NCBI GenBank assembly: GCA_016180645.1 | Contig: JACPAV010000037.1 | Location: 1 to 33,631, forward strand | Reading direction: 5' to 3' | DNA length: 33,631 bases | Source of the DNA: Nitrospirota bacterium | Lineage (GTDB): Bacteria > JACPQY01 | Shown here: in pieces, positions 25,944 through 33,631 of the stretch | Position numbering within the stretch: position 1 is the first letter of the stretch | Layout: the number at the start of each line of letters is the position of its first letter | Made by a program: the position numbers and the translations under genes | Notes under the pieces: model-generated | Seen by the model: the letters and a program-made list of their open reading frames with translations, nothing else | Told to the model about the DNA's origin: nothing | Database searches by the model: none

Positions 25944-26621
25944 ATGTTGTCCCAGGCTCTCTGGATCGCGATCAAGGATATCCGGTTGGATTGGCGGACC
26001 CGCCGCGAAGTGCTCGGGCTCATCACCCTGGGCGTGGTGTGTCTCTTGATCTTTGGGCTCTCGTTCGCCGGTGGACACGGCGCCCAGAAGCCGACGACGG
26101 CGGTCCTGTTTCTCCCCTACTGGGTGACCGTACTTTTCCTGCTCCTTCTGTCCACGTTGTGGATCTTTGAGCGGGAGAGGCAGAACGGCACCCTCTCCGC
26201 CCTCATTCTGGGATGTCGGGACACATCCAGCATCTTCATCGGGAAGTGCATCGCCTATTTTGTCCGCCATGCCGTGATCCAGGCGGTGCTGATGCTTCTC
26301 TTTCTCACCTTCAACAACAAGATGACGCTCGACACCCTGGGATGGTTTGCCGTCCTCAATCTGCTGGTCACCGTCGCGTTCACGGCGCTCGGCGTGCTCA
26401 CCTCGGCGATGCTGACCCAGTCGGGGGTTACCGGTTCCCTGGGTGGCGTGCTCCTTTTTCCCCTATTGATCCCGGTCATATTGGCGGCGGTGGCAGCTAT
26501 GGAAGACTCTACCTTGATGACAAGCACGGGTTTCAATAACTGGATCGAGCTTCTCGTGGCCGGGGACATCCTGTTCGTTGCCTTTCCGGTCGTGATTTTT
26601 GATAAGATCATTGAGGGGTAA
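25944..26621 (+). CDS. ccmB: Heme exporter protein B
   Basis: KDIRLDWR, FERERQNGTL, LLFPLLIPV; about 6 TM. Confidence 0.88.
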   Translation: MLSQALWIAIKDIRLDWRTRREVLGLITLGVVCLLIFGLSFAGGHGAQKPTTAVLFLPYWVTVLFLLLLSTLWIFERERQNGTLSALILGCRDTSSIFIGKCIAYFVRHAVIQAVLMLLFLTFNNKMTLDTLGWFAVLNLLVTVAFTALGVLTSAMLTQSGVTGSLGGVLLFPLLIPVILAAVAAMEDSTLMTSTGFNNWIELLVAGDILFVAFPVVIFDKIIEG

Positions 26622-26626
26622 GACTG

Positions 26627-27280
26627 ATGGGTGTACTTCTCATGTTGCTAGCCTACCTGCTTCTCGGGGCGGGAACCTACTTGGCTTTTGCCGAGGCGCC
26701 GGCGGAGGCGTACCAAGGCCAGCTTTACCGGCTGATCTATCTCCACGTGCCCTGCGCCTGGATGACGTTTCTGGCGTACACGGGCATGGCCCTAACCAGT
26801 GCGCTCTACCTGTGGAAGAAGAATCAACGATGGGATCGGATGGCTTCGTCCTCGGCTGAGGCGGGACTGGTTTTCAACGCCATCACGCTGATGACCGGCG
26901 CCATCTGGGGGAAGCCCGTCTGGGGCGTTTGGTGGACGTGGGACGCACGGCTCACGACCACACTGATCCTGCTGTTCATCTTTCTCGGCTACATGCTCTT
27001 GCGCGCATTCTCCGAGGATCCTGAAAAGCGGGCCCGGTTCTCCGCGGTGTATGCGTTGATCGGGTTTTTCGATATTCCCTTGATACACTTCTCCGTGAAA
27101 TGGTGGAGAACGCTCCATCAGGGGCCCTCGTTCGGACCGGGGACGGAAGGGCTTGTGGGTAAGCCCATCATGATCCTGGTGCTTCTCAACTTTCACGCCT
27201 TCATTTTGTTGTACGCGAGCTGGATGGTCCGGCGTACCGCCTCGCTGAAGAAAGAAGCGGCGCAGGGGGCGGTGTCGTGA
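26627..27280 (+). CDS. ccmC: Heme exporter protein C
   Basis: IYLHVP, WGKPVWGVWWTWDARLT (WWD), WWRTLHQ. Confidence 0.96.
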   Translation: MGVLLMLLAYLLLGAGTYLAFAEAPAEAYQGQLYRLIYLHVPCAWMTFLAYTGMALTSALYLWKKNQRWDRMASSSAEAGLVFNAITLMTGAIWGKPVWGVWWTWDARLTTTLILLFIFLGYMLLRAFSEDPEKRARFSAVYALIGFFDIPLIHFSVKWWRTLHQGPSFGPGTEGLVGKPIMILVLLNFHAFILLYASWMVRRTASLKKEAAQGAVS

Positions 27281-27378
27281 CCGGTGGCTGGTCCTACATC
27301 ATCGGGGGCTACGTGGTGACGTTTACCCTCATCGCCGCCTATGAGATCTTCTTGCTGACCCGAAGGAGAAAATCGTGA
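27277..27378 (+). CDS. ccmD: Heme exporter protein D (33 aa, below ORF-track cutoff)
   Basis: MTGGWSYIIGGYVVTFTLIAAYEIFLLTRRRKS: one TM with Tyr residues and a basic tail. GTGA overlaps with both ccmC and ccmE. Confidence 0.78.
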   Translation: MTGGWSYIIGGYVVTFTLIAAYEIFLLTRRRKS

Positions 27379-27797
27379 CCAAGACCCGATGGATCGCCCT
27401 GGCCGTGGCGGTGCTGGCCGTGGTCTTCCTCGTTTATCGAGGAACGCGCACGGGCATGGTCTATTACTACACGCCGACCGAGATCAAGGCCCTGACTTCC
27501 GATCAAATGCGTGAACGAATCCGCGTGGGCGGATTGGTGGAACATGGCAGTTTGGTGAAGGAGCCCGGAACCCTCCGGATGACCTTCCGAATCACGGACG
27601 GAGCGCAATCGGTGGACGTCGAGTTCAAGGGCGCCCCTCCGGATCTCTTCACAGATGGAAAAGGCGCGGTGGCCGAGGGGACGATCTCTCCCGGCGGGCC
27701 GTTCATGGCGGACAATATCATGGTCAAACATTCCGAAGAGTACAAACCCGTGTACGGCGCGCCCACCGGTCACAAGCCTGACTTTGAGACAAAATAG
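27375..27797 (+). CDS. ccmE: Heme chaperone CcmE
   Basis: YYYTPTE, IRVGGLV, PDLF, KHSEEY (HxxxY). Confidence 0.95.
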   Translation: MTKTRWIALAVAVLAVVFLVYRGTRTGMVYYYTPTEIKALTSDQMRERIRVGGLVEHGSLVKEPGTLRMTFRITDGAQSVDVEFKGAPPDLFTDGKGAVAEGTISPGGPFMADNIMVKHSEEYKPVYGAPTGHKPDFETK

Positions 27798-27815
27798 GGG
27801 TCTCTGTCTGCCCTC

Positions 27816-29789
27816 ATGACGGATCTCGGGCACTTCGCGCTCCTGTTGACGATTCCGCTGGCCGCATTCGGAATCCTGGCATCCGTATTTGGGCAGATCC
27901 GCCACCGGCCCGAGTTCATCGTGGCCGCCCATCGCGCCCTGTTCGCCACGGCGGGCACTCTCACGCTGGCCATGGTCGCCCTTACCGGGGCGTTCCTGCT
28001 GCGGGATTTCAGCGTGTCGTTCGTGGCGGGCCATTCGAGTGCGCAAATGCCGTGGTACTACACGTTCGCGGCCCTCTGGGGAGGACAGGAAGGTTCGCTC
28101 CTCCTGTGGGTCTGGGTTCAATCGCTCTACGGCACGTTCTCCATCCTCGCCACGCGAAGGAAACTGCCTGAGCTTGCCGGCACGGCAAGCGCCATCTTCT
28201 GCCTCATCATTCTCTTCTTCTCCGTCACGCTCGCGTTCGCGGGCAACCCCTTCGCGCGACTCTTCCCGGTGCCCACGGATGGCGGCGGCCTGAATCCGCT
28301 GCTTCAGCATCCGCTCATGGTCATCCATCCGCCGATGCTCTATGCCGGATTGATCGGGACCTCCGTGCCGTTCGCCTTCGCCATGGCCGCGCTCGTCCAC
28401 CGCCGGATGGATCCGCTGTGGATCCACCTCAGCCGCAAGTGGGCTTTGTTTTGCTGGATCTGTCTGACGACCGGCGTGGTACTCGGAGGATTCTGGGCTT
28501 ATGTGGAATTGGGTTGGGGCGGCTATTGGGCGTGGGACCCGGTGGAGAACGCCTCGTTCATGCCTTGGCTCACGCTCACGGCCTATTTCCATTCGACGAT
28601 GGTGCAAGAGCGCCGGCGCCTGCTGGCCGGTTGGAATATCGTCCTCATCATCCTGACCTATGCCCTCACGCTTTTCGGAACGTTTCTCACGCGGAGCGGC
28701 GTGATCTCGTCTGTCCATTCCTTCGCTCTGTCCAACATCGGTCCGTTTTTCCTCTCCTTCGTGAGCGTTCTCTCGGTGGCCAGTTTCATGTTGCTCATCG
28801 TTCAGCGGCCCAAGATGCGCGGTCCGGTGGAGGAGCAGATCGAACATCCCGTCTCGCGCGAGAGCAGCATGCTCATCAACAACCTGTTTCTCCTAAGCAG
28901 CGCCTTCGTCGTCTTCTGGGGCACGATATTTCCCGTGGTGACGGAGGCGATTCGTGGGACAAAAATCAGCGTCGGCGCCCCCTTCTTCAACACCGCACTG
29001 GGTCCCGTGGGATTGGTCCTGCTGGGACTGATGGGCATAGCGCAGATGATTCCCTGGCGGAAGACCTCCGCGGGCCGTTTCTCGCGCAACGTGGGGATCC
29101 CGCTCCTCGCCGGGGCGGCTGCGGGGGCCGGCGCCTGGATGTTCAAGCCTCTGGTTCCTTTCGCCCTGGGTGTCGGCTTCAGTGGATTCGTGGTCGCAGG
29201 GCTCGTCTGGGAACTGATCGTGAGCACCCGGGCAAGGCGGCGACTCCACGGGGAACCGCCGCTGGATGCGGCCATCGGCGTCGTCACTCGCCAGCGCCGT
29301 AGAGTGGGCGGGTTCGTCTCCCACGTGGGTTCGGCGGTCCTGGCCCTCGGCATCATGGGCTCCTTCTTCAACACGGAAGAGGAGAAGCATCTGAAGCCAG
29401 GAGCGGACATGCAAGTGAAGAACTATTCGATCCGGTTCGAACGGCTCGATCGGGATCACGGTCCCAACTACTTCGCCTACCGGGGCGTCTTGGCCGTTCA
29501 GCGCGACGGAGCCCCCCTCGGTGCAATGTCCCCGGAGCGACGGATCTACCCCAACCAGAATGAACCGACCACCGAGGTGGCGTTGCGCCAGTTTCCATCG
29601 GAGGATTTGTACGTCGTCCTGGCGGACTACGACAAGGCCGGCGAGTGGGTGGTGCTCAAGGTCTTTGTGAAGCCTTTGGTGTCGCTCGTGTGGCTCGGAT
29701 GGTTGATTCTTGTGAGTGGCGCCTTGTGGGCGTTCACGGGACGGAGTCTCGCGGTGTCGGCGCGAGAACCGGGGGCGGGGGCGGCGTGA
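27816..29789 (+). CDS. ccmF: Heme lyase CcmF
   Basis: WGGQEGSLLLW, GLNPLLQ, IHPP, WGGYWAWDPVENAS, TRSG..SVHSF. Confidence 0.97.
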   Translation: MTDLGHFALLLTIPLAAFGILASVFGQIRHRPEFIVAAHRALFATAGTLTLAMVALTGAFLLRDFSVSFVAGHSSAQMPWYYTFAALWGGQEGSLLLWVWVQSLYGTFSILATRRKLPELAGTASAIFCLIILFFSVTLAFAGNPFARLFPVPTDGGGLNPLLQHPLMVIHPPMLYAGLIGTSVPFAFAMAALVHRRMDPLWIHLSRKWALFCWICLTTGVVLGGFWAYVELGWGGYWAWDPVENASFMPWLTLTAYFHSTMVQERRRLLAGWNIVLIILTYALTLFGTFLTRSGVISSVHSFALSNIGPFFLSFVSVLSVASFMLLIVQRPKMRGPVEEQIEHPVSRESSMLINNLFLLSSAFVVFWGTIFPVVTEAIRGTKISVGAPFFNTALGPVGLVLLGLMGIAQMIPWRKTSAGRFSRNVGIPLLAGAAAGAGAWMFKPLVPFALGVGFSGFVVAGLVWELIVSTRARRRLHGEPPLDAAIGVVTRQRRRVGGFVSHVGSAVLALGIMGSFFNTEEEKHLKPGADMQVKNYSIRFERLDRDHGPNYFAYRGVLAVQRDGAPLGAMSPERRIYPNQNEPTTEVALRQFPSEDLYVVLADYDKAGEWVVLKVFVKPLVSLVWLGWLILVSGALWAFTGRSLAVSAREPGAGAA

Positions 29790-30403
29790 CCTCCACTGCC
29801 GTGAAATCGAGGACGGGGATCGCAGTGGTCGCGCTGGTGATCGTGGCGGGTGCCTTCACATTGATTTTTGCGCACGGGCTGACGCAAGACCCGAGGTCCA
29901 TTCCGACGCCGCTGATCGGCCAACCGGCGCCGGCCTTCACCCTTATGAGTTTGGACGGGAAAGAAATCAGCCTCTCCGACTACGCGGGGAGGGCGGTCGT
30001 CCTCAATTTCTGGTCCTCCTGGTGCGTGCCCTGCCGCGATGAAGCGGATCTTCTCGAATCGATCGCACAGCACTTCAAAGGGCGCGAGGTCAATGTTCTG
30101 GGGGTCAACATCCAGGACGAGCCGGAGGCGGCGAAGAAATTCGTTGCGGAGGAAGGGATGACCTTCCCGAATGTGGTGGATACGGACGGCCGACTGTCGA
30201 TTGCGTATGGCGTCTACGGCGTTCCAGAGACGTTCTTTGTGGATCGATCGGGACGCATTGCGGACAAAATCACGGGTCCGGTGAGCGTTGAGAACTTCCG
30301 AGCAGGTCTTGAGAAGTTGGCGCCCCTCGCATCGCATGGCACGGGAGCGGAGGGATCGAATCCTCATTCTGTTTCTGCGCCGGTGCATGGGAAGATGCCA
30401 TGA
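29786..30403 (+). CDS. ccmG: Thiol:disulfide oxidoreductase CcmG/DsbE (TlpA-like)
   Basis: N-terminal TM, LNFWSSWCVPC, YGVYGVPETF. GTG 29786 overlaps the ccmF stop. Confidence 0.9.
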   Translation: MTSTAVKSRTGIAVVALVIVAGAFTLIFAHGLTQDPRSIPTPLIGQPAPAFTLMSLDGKEISLSDYAGRAVVLNFWSSWCVPCRDEADLLESIAQHFKGREVNVLGVNIQDEPEAAKKFVAEEGMTFPNVVDTDGRLSIAYGVYGVPETFFVDRSGRIADKITGPVSVENFRAGLEKLAPLASHGTGAEGSNPHSVSAPVHGKMP

Positions 30404-30855
30404 GACCGATCCGCGGGATCTTTCCTTTGGTCTTGGTTTCAGCTTGCATCGTTTCACAGGTCGCCAACGCCGGAGATGCCATGGATGAGCGCGTAAAGGC
30501 ATTGACTCAGGACCTGCGGTGCCCGGTCTGCCAGAATCTCTCCGTGGCCGATTCGCCCTCCTCCATGGCCGGGCAGATGCGTACGTTTGTTCGCGAAGAA
30601 CTGAGCAAGGGAAAGAGCGAGGAGGAAGTGAAATCCTATCTCGAACAGAAGTACGGCGAGTGGATCCTGCTCGATCCACCCAAGCGCGGCCTCAATTGGG
30701 GTTTGTGGATCGGTGGACCTGCGATCCTCGGCTTTGGACTGCTGGCCGTATTGGTGTGGCTGAAGCGACACCGACGCCCCATCGAAATCGTCAGCCGCGA
30801 GGTGTCGCCGGAGGTGTCGGAACGCGTTCGGAAAGCCCTGAAGGTACTGGATTGA
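30400..30855 (+). CDS. ccmH: Cytochrome c biogenesis protein CcmH
   Basis: LRCPVCQNLSVADS, YGEWILLDPP, C-terminal TM. Confidence 0.94.
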   Translation: MRPIRGIFPLVLVSACIVSQVANAGDAMDERVKALTQDLRCPVCQNLSVADSPSSMAGQMRTFVREELSKGKSEEEVKSYLEQKYGEWILLDPPKRGLNWGLWIGGPAILGFGLLAVLVWLKRHRRPIEIVSREVSPEVSERVRKALKVLD

Positions 30856-31115
30856 TGTTTGTTCTACTTGTTTGCGCCGCCCTTCTTGCAGCCGCGTTCT
30901 TCTGGGTCGCCCGTCCGGTTTTGACCGGGCGTGACGCCCTGGAGAAGGTTGCCCCAATGGAGTCCGAGAACTGGCAACTCAATGCGGTCCTCCAGCAAAT
31001 CAGGGAAATCGAATTGGATTTTCATGCCGGCAGACTTTCGGCCGCGGACTACGAAGGCCTGCGCAAGCATTACGAGTCCCGAGCCGGGGAGTTGTTGGAG
31101 GGGTCATCGAAATGA
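30855..31115 (+). CDS. Small membrane protein resembling the N-terminal segment of CcmI
   Basis: TM followed by IREIELDFHAGRLSAADYEGLR; no TPR. ATG 30855 overlaps the ccmH stop; 86 aa. Confidence 0.7.
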   Translation: MFVLLVCAALLAAAFFWVARPVLTGRDALEKVAPMESENWQLNAVLQQIREIELDFHAGRLSAADYEGLRKHYESRAGELLEGSSK

Positions 31116-31711
31116 GGACGATCGGGTATGGGGTGGCCCTGATCTTCATGGCCGTCTCATCGGCCCGCGCCGAAGAGATGATGCAATACCGCAAGGAAAT
31201 GCTGGTGTTGGACGTGGAAGAGGGTGCGATTTCCGTCACCCAGGTCATCTTTCCGGCGGGGGCCGTGGACTCGCTCAACTTCAGCGTGCCGCGGGGAGCG
31301 AGGAATGTGGAGCTACAGAACGGGTTTTCCGATCCGGCGCCCACGGCGCTGGACGACACGCGGTACTTCGCGAAAGTCGAGCCGGGCGCCATGCCGCTCA
31401 TCGTGCGGTACCAAGTTCGCACCTTGGGCCGCAGTTACCGCTTTGAGAAACCGAGAGATACCGACGCCACCGACCTGAAGATTTTTGCGAGTCACGTGCG
31501 CCCGGCCCCGAAAGTGACGGATGCTCGGTTCGACGGGCTGGAGTCGCTGGGCCAGGGTCTCTACTACTCGTTTGTGGTGGATGCTTCGAAAAGGAACGAG
31601 CCTCTTGTGATCGAGTTCTCCAGACTTCCCCTCAACCCCATCTACCTTCGCCTGCTCACCGTCGCCTTCGGCGTTTCCCTCGCCGCCCTCTTCCTCAAGA
31701 AACGCGTCTGA
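31112..31711 (+). CDS. Hypothetical exported protein with C-terminal membrane anchor, coupled to the ccm operon
   Basis: Signal peptide ending ARA, beta-rich body (LNFSVPRGA), C-terminal TM followed by KKRV; ATGA overlap. Confidence 0.75.
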   Translation: MRTIGYGVALIFMAVSSARAEEMMQYRKEMLVLDVEEGAISVTQVIFPAGAVDSLNFSVPRGARNVELQNGFSDPAPTALDDTRYFAKVEPGAMPLIVRYQVRTLGRSYRFEKPRDTDATDLKIFASHVRPAPKVTDARFDGLESLGQGLYYSFVVDASKRNEPLVIEFSRLPLNPIYLRLLTVAFGVSLAALFLKKRV

Positions 31712-31776
31712 AGGCCTTCCTCGCCCGTTGCCCAAGGCACTTGCATGGGAGGGGGGAGGGCGTGTAGTAAAACCCT

Positions 31777-32889
31777 GTGGATCAGAGATGGTCGCCCGTT
31801 CTGGAAGCCTTCGGGAATATTGGGATCGGGGGCGAGGACTTCCTTGTCATGGTGGTCATCTTCCTGGTGCTGGTTGCACTGGCGGGGGTGGGAATCGGCA
31901 TCGCCTATTTCGTGGGAGCCCGGAAGCGGAACCAGAAGATTCTTGCCGAATACGCCGCCACCTGCAAGGTGAACAAGCTGGACAAGGATGAACGCGCGAT
32001 CTTGGATCAAATCGTAGCAGTCGGCAAGATCCGTCCTGTCACCCGGATATTTACGTCGAAGAACATGTTCGACCGTGCTGTGGCGATGTGGACCAAGACG
32101 GTCGGCGCCGCGAATTCGGAAGAGAAGGCCGAGATCCTTGGAACTCTGCGCAAAAAGCTCAATTTTGCGAAAGCCAAGGAGGGAGTGCAGGTGGCGAGCA
32201 GCCGGAGCATCCTGCCAAAACAAATCCTCGAAGTTGAATTGACCGATCGGAAGCCGCCGATCAAGTTCAAGCCCGTGGTGCTTCAAGTCGACGATTTCGG
32301 GATCACGATCCAGATACCTCCCGAGATCGAGCACAAGGTTTTCTTCCGTCACGGCGAACCGGTGGATGCGGTCTTCACGAGGCCGGGAGAAGGGACGTAC
32401 GGTTTCGCCACGAAGGTTCAGGGCATCCCGCACCCCAAGAAACTGATTCTCGACCATTCGGAGAAATTGAACGTAACGCAGCAGCGGGGACACGTGCGGG
32501 TCGACATCCGTTATCCCGCGAAGTTCAAGAGGATTCCATCCGAAGTAATTCAGGACAGGGACAAGGTCGCCCGAGTGATAGGCGACGACCAGGCGGAAAT
32601 GATTTCAGGCGAGGTGACAAACCTGAGCGGCGACGGGGCGATGCTCCGAGTACCGCAGGAGTTTGCCAAGAACGATCACGCGTGGTTCAAGCTTCAGCTC
32701 GATTCGCAGGAGAAGGACTCCAAAATCACGTTCTATTGCCGCGTGCTAGGGTCATCGCCTCATCCGAATGGAAAAGAATTCTTCCTCCGGACCCAGTTTG
32801 TGGACATGTCCGAACCGATCCGCGAGAGAATCATCCAGTTCCTTTTCAAGTTCCAGACCGAATCCCTCAAAGAACAATCCGGCCGGTAA
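31777..32889 (+). CDS. Membrane-anchored YcgR-like PilZ-domain (c-di-GMP binding) protein
   Basis: N-terminal TM, YcgR-N-like region (YGFATKV), QQRGHVRV (RxxxR) and NLSGDG (D/NxSxxG). Confidence 0.85.
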   Translation: MDQRWSPVLEAFGNIGIGGEDFLVMVVIFLVLVALAGVGIGIAYFVGARKRNQKILAEYAATCKVNKLDKDERAILDQIVAVGKIRPVTRIFTSKNMFDRAVAMWTKTVGAANSEEKAEILGTLRKKLNFAKAKEGVQVASSRSILPKQILEVELTDRKPPIKFKPVVLQVDDFGITIQIPPEIEHKVFFRHGEPVDAVFTRPGEGTYGFATKVQGIPHPKKLILDHSEKLNVTQQRGHVRVDIRYPAKFKRIPSEVIQDRDKVARVIGDDQAEMISGEVTNLSGDGAMLRVPQEFAKNDHAWFKLQLDSQEKDSKITFYCRVLGSSPHPNGKEFFLRTQFVDMSEPIRERIIQFLFKFQTESLKEQSGR

Positions 32890-33003
32890 TCGATCTAGTC
32901 AGGATTAACAACCACTTGACAAACAGCAACAAGATGGGCTAAAGCATTCCCATGCGTCAACGCATGTGGAGTGATGCAAGGAGGGTACGGCATGGGGGAG
33001 CAT

Positions 33004-33041
33004 CGGAGAACCCCGGAGAACCCCGGAGAACCCCGGAGAAC
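33004..33041. repeat. 10-bp tandem repeat (CGGAGAACCC, about 3.8 copies)
   Basis: Read directly from the sequence. Confidence 0.9.
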
Positions 33042-33145
33042 TGATCCGTCCTCGCCAATAAATCTTGGTAGGCGCAGGCCATGTTACATGCCGCGCCATC
33101 CTGGGCGCGGCGACATCTCATGGTCCCATGCCCTCCGTGGCATGG

Positions 33146-33487
33146 GGCTTTACGCCTGCGTCCGAAGACGCACCCATAAAGGGTGCGGCTACCCGAGGCC
33201 GGCGCTTCTTGATCTTGGTAGGCGCAGGCTTTACGCCCGCGTCCGAAGACGCACCCGTGAAGGGTGCGGCTACCCGAGGCCGGCTCCTCTTGATCCTGGT
33301 AGCCGCGGGCTTTATGCCCGCGTCCGAAGACGCACCCATGAAGGGTGCGGCTACCCGAGGATGGCTCCTCTTGATCCTGGTAGCCGCGGGCTTTATGCCC
33401 GCGTCCGAAGACGCACCCATAAAGGGTGCGGCTACCCGAGGCCGGCTCCTCTTGATCCTGGTAGCCGCGGGCTTTATGCCCGCGTCC
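33146..33487. repeat. 81-bp tandem array (about 4.2 units) of paired GTAG-type REPs (BIME/REPIN-like)
   Basis: GTAG at 33218, 33299, 33380 and 33461. Unit contains GTAGCCGCGGGCTTTATGCCCGCG and the inverted partner CGCACCCATRAAGGGTGCGGCTAC. Remnant copy at 33062-33079. Confidence 0.88.
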
Positions 33488-33571
33488 TCGCTCACTCCTC
33501 ATCGCTCCTCGCTTCCTCTCACCGCCTCTTCCCACTCACCACTTGCCTCTTACTACTCACCCTCTTCGCCT
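33486..33571. repeat. Pyrimidine-rich degenerate heptamer tract
   Basis: ctcttcc cactcac cacttgc ctcttac tactcac and similar units. Confidence 0.5.
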
Positions 33572-33631
33572 CCTGCACCGATGGAGGCGGCTGCCTGCCC
33601 GGAGAGGGGGGCGGCGGCGCCGGTCCCACCG

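Noticed and set aside
27375-27797. Variant System I* cytochrome c maturation
   Set aside because: CcmE has HxxxY rather than CxxxY, and ccmG and ccmH are present.
33146-33487. Possible CRISPR array
   Set aside because: The whole 81-bp units are near-identical with no unique spacers, the structure fits paired REPs, and no cas genes are in the window.
32957-33535. Repetitive 192-aa and 125-aa minus-strand ORFs
   Set aside because: They stay open only because the repeat period (81) is a multiple of 3; no SD or recognisable domain.

Overview
GC-rich bacterial chromosomal segment that looks deltaproteobacterial (Myxococcota/Desulfobacterota-like gene order; taxonomy is inference). It is mostly housekeeping. 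In order: a left-truncated minus-strand lipoprotein missed by the ORF track; a RomR/PopZ-like pseudo-receiver protein; valS-nadC-birA-coaX-ICMT-family-Spy/CpxP; livKHMGF (minus); pcrA/uvrD; an orphan flagellin with a sigma28 promoter and a CRP-type site; holA converging on rpsT; secA; DAHP synthase; a small MXAN_5187-C-like protein; a RAYT-type Y1 transposase; an MltD-like lytic transglycosylase; lgt-ccmABCDEFGH plus two accessory genes; a membrane-anchored PilZ/YcgR protein; and an 81-bp GTAG-REP tandem array. The most unusual signals are small-scale. (1) A 57-bp hairpin element occurs twice, once in-frame inside nadC and once at the flagellin stop codon, with flanking direct repeats and compensatory stem changes. 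(2) A heptamer repeat tract sits inside a ValRS zinc motif. (3) Inverted repeats enclose the HUH transposase. (4) Several operon-leading genes have leaderless promoter architecture. All calls come from manual reading; no database searches were run.
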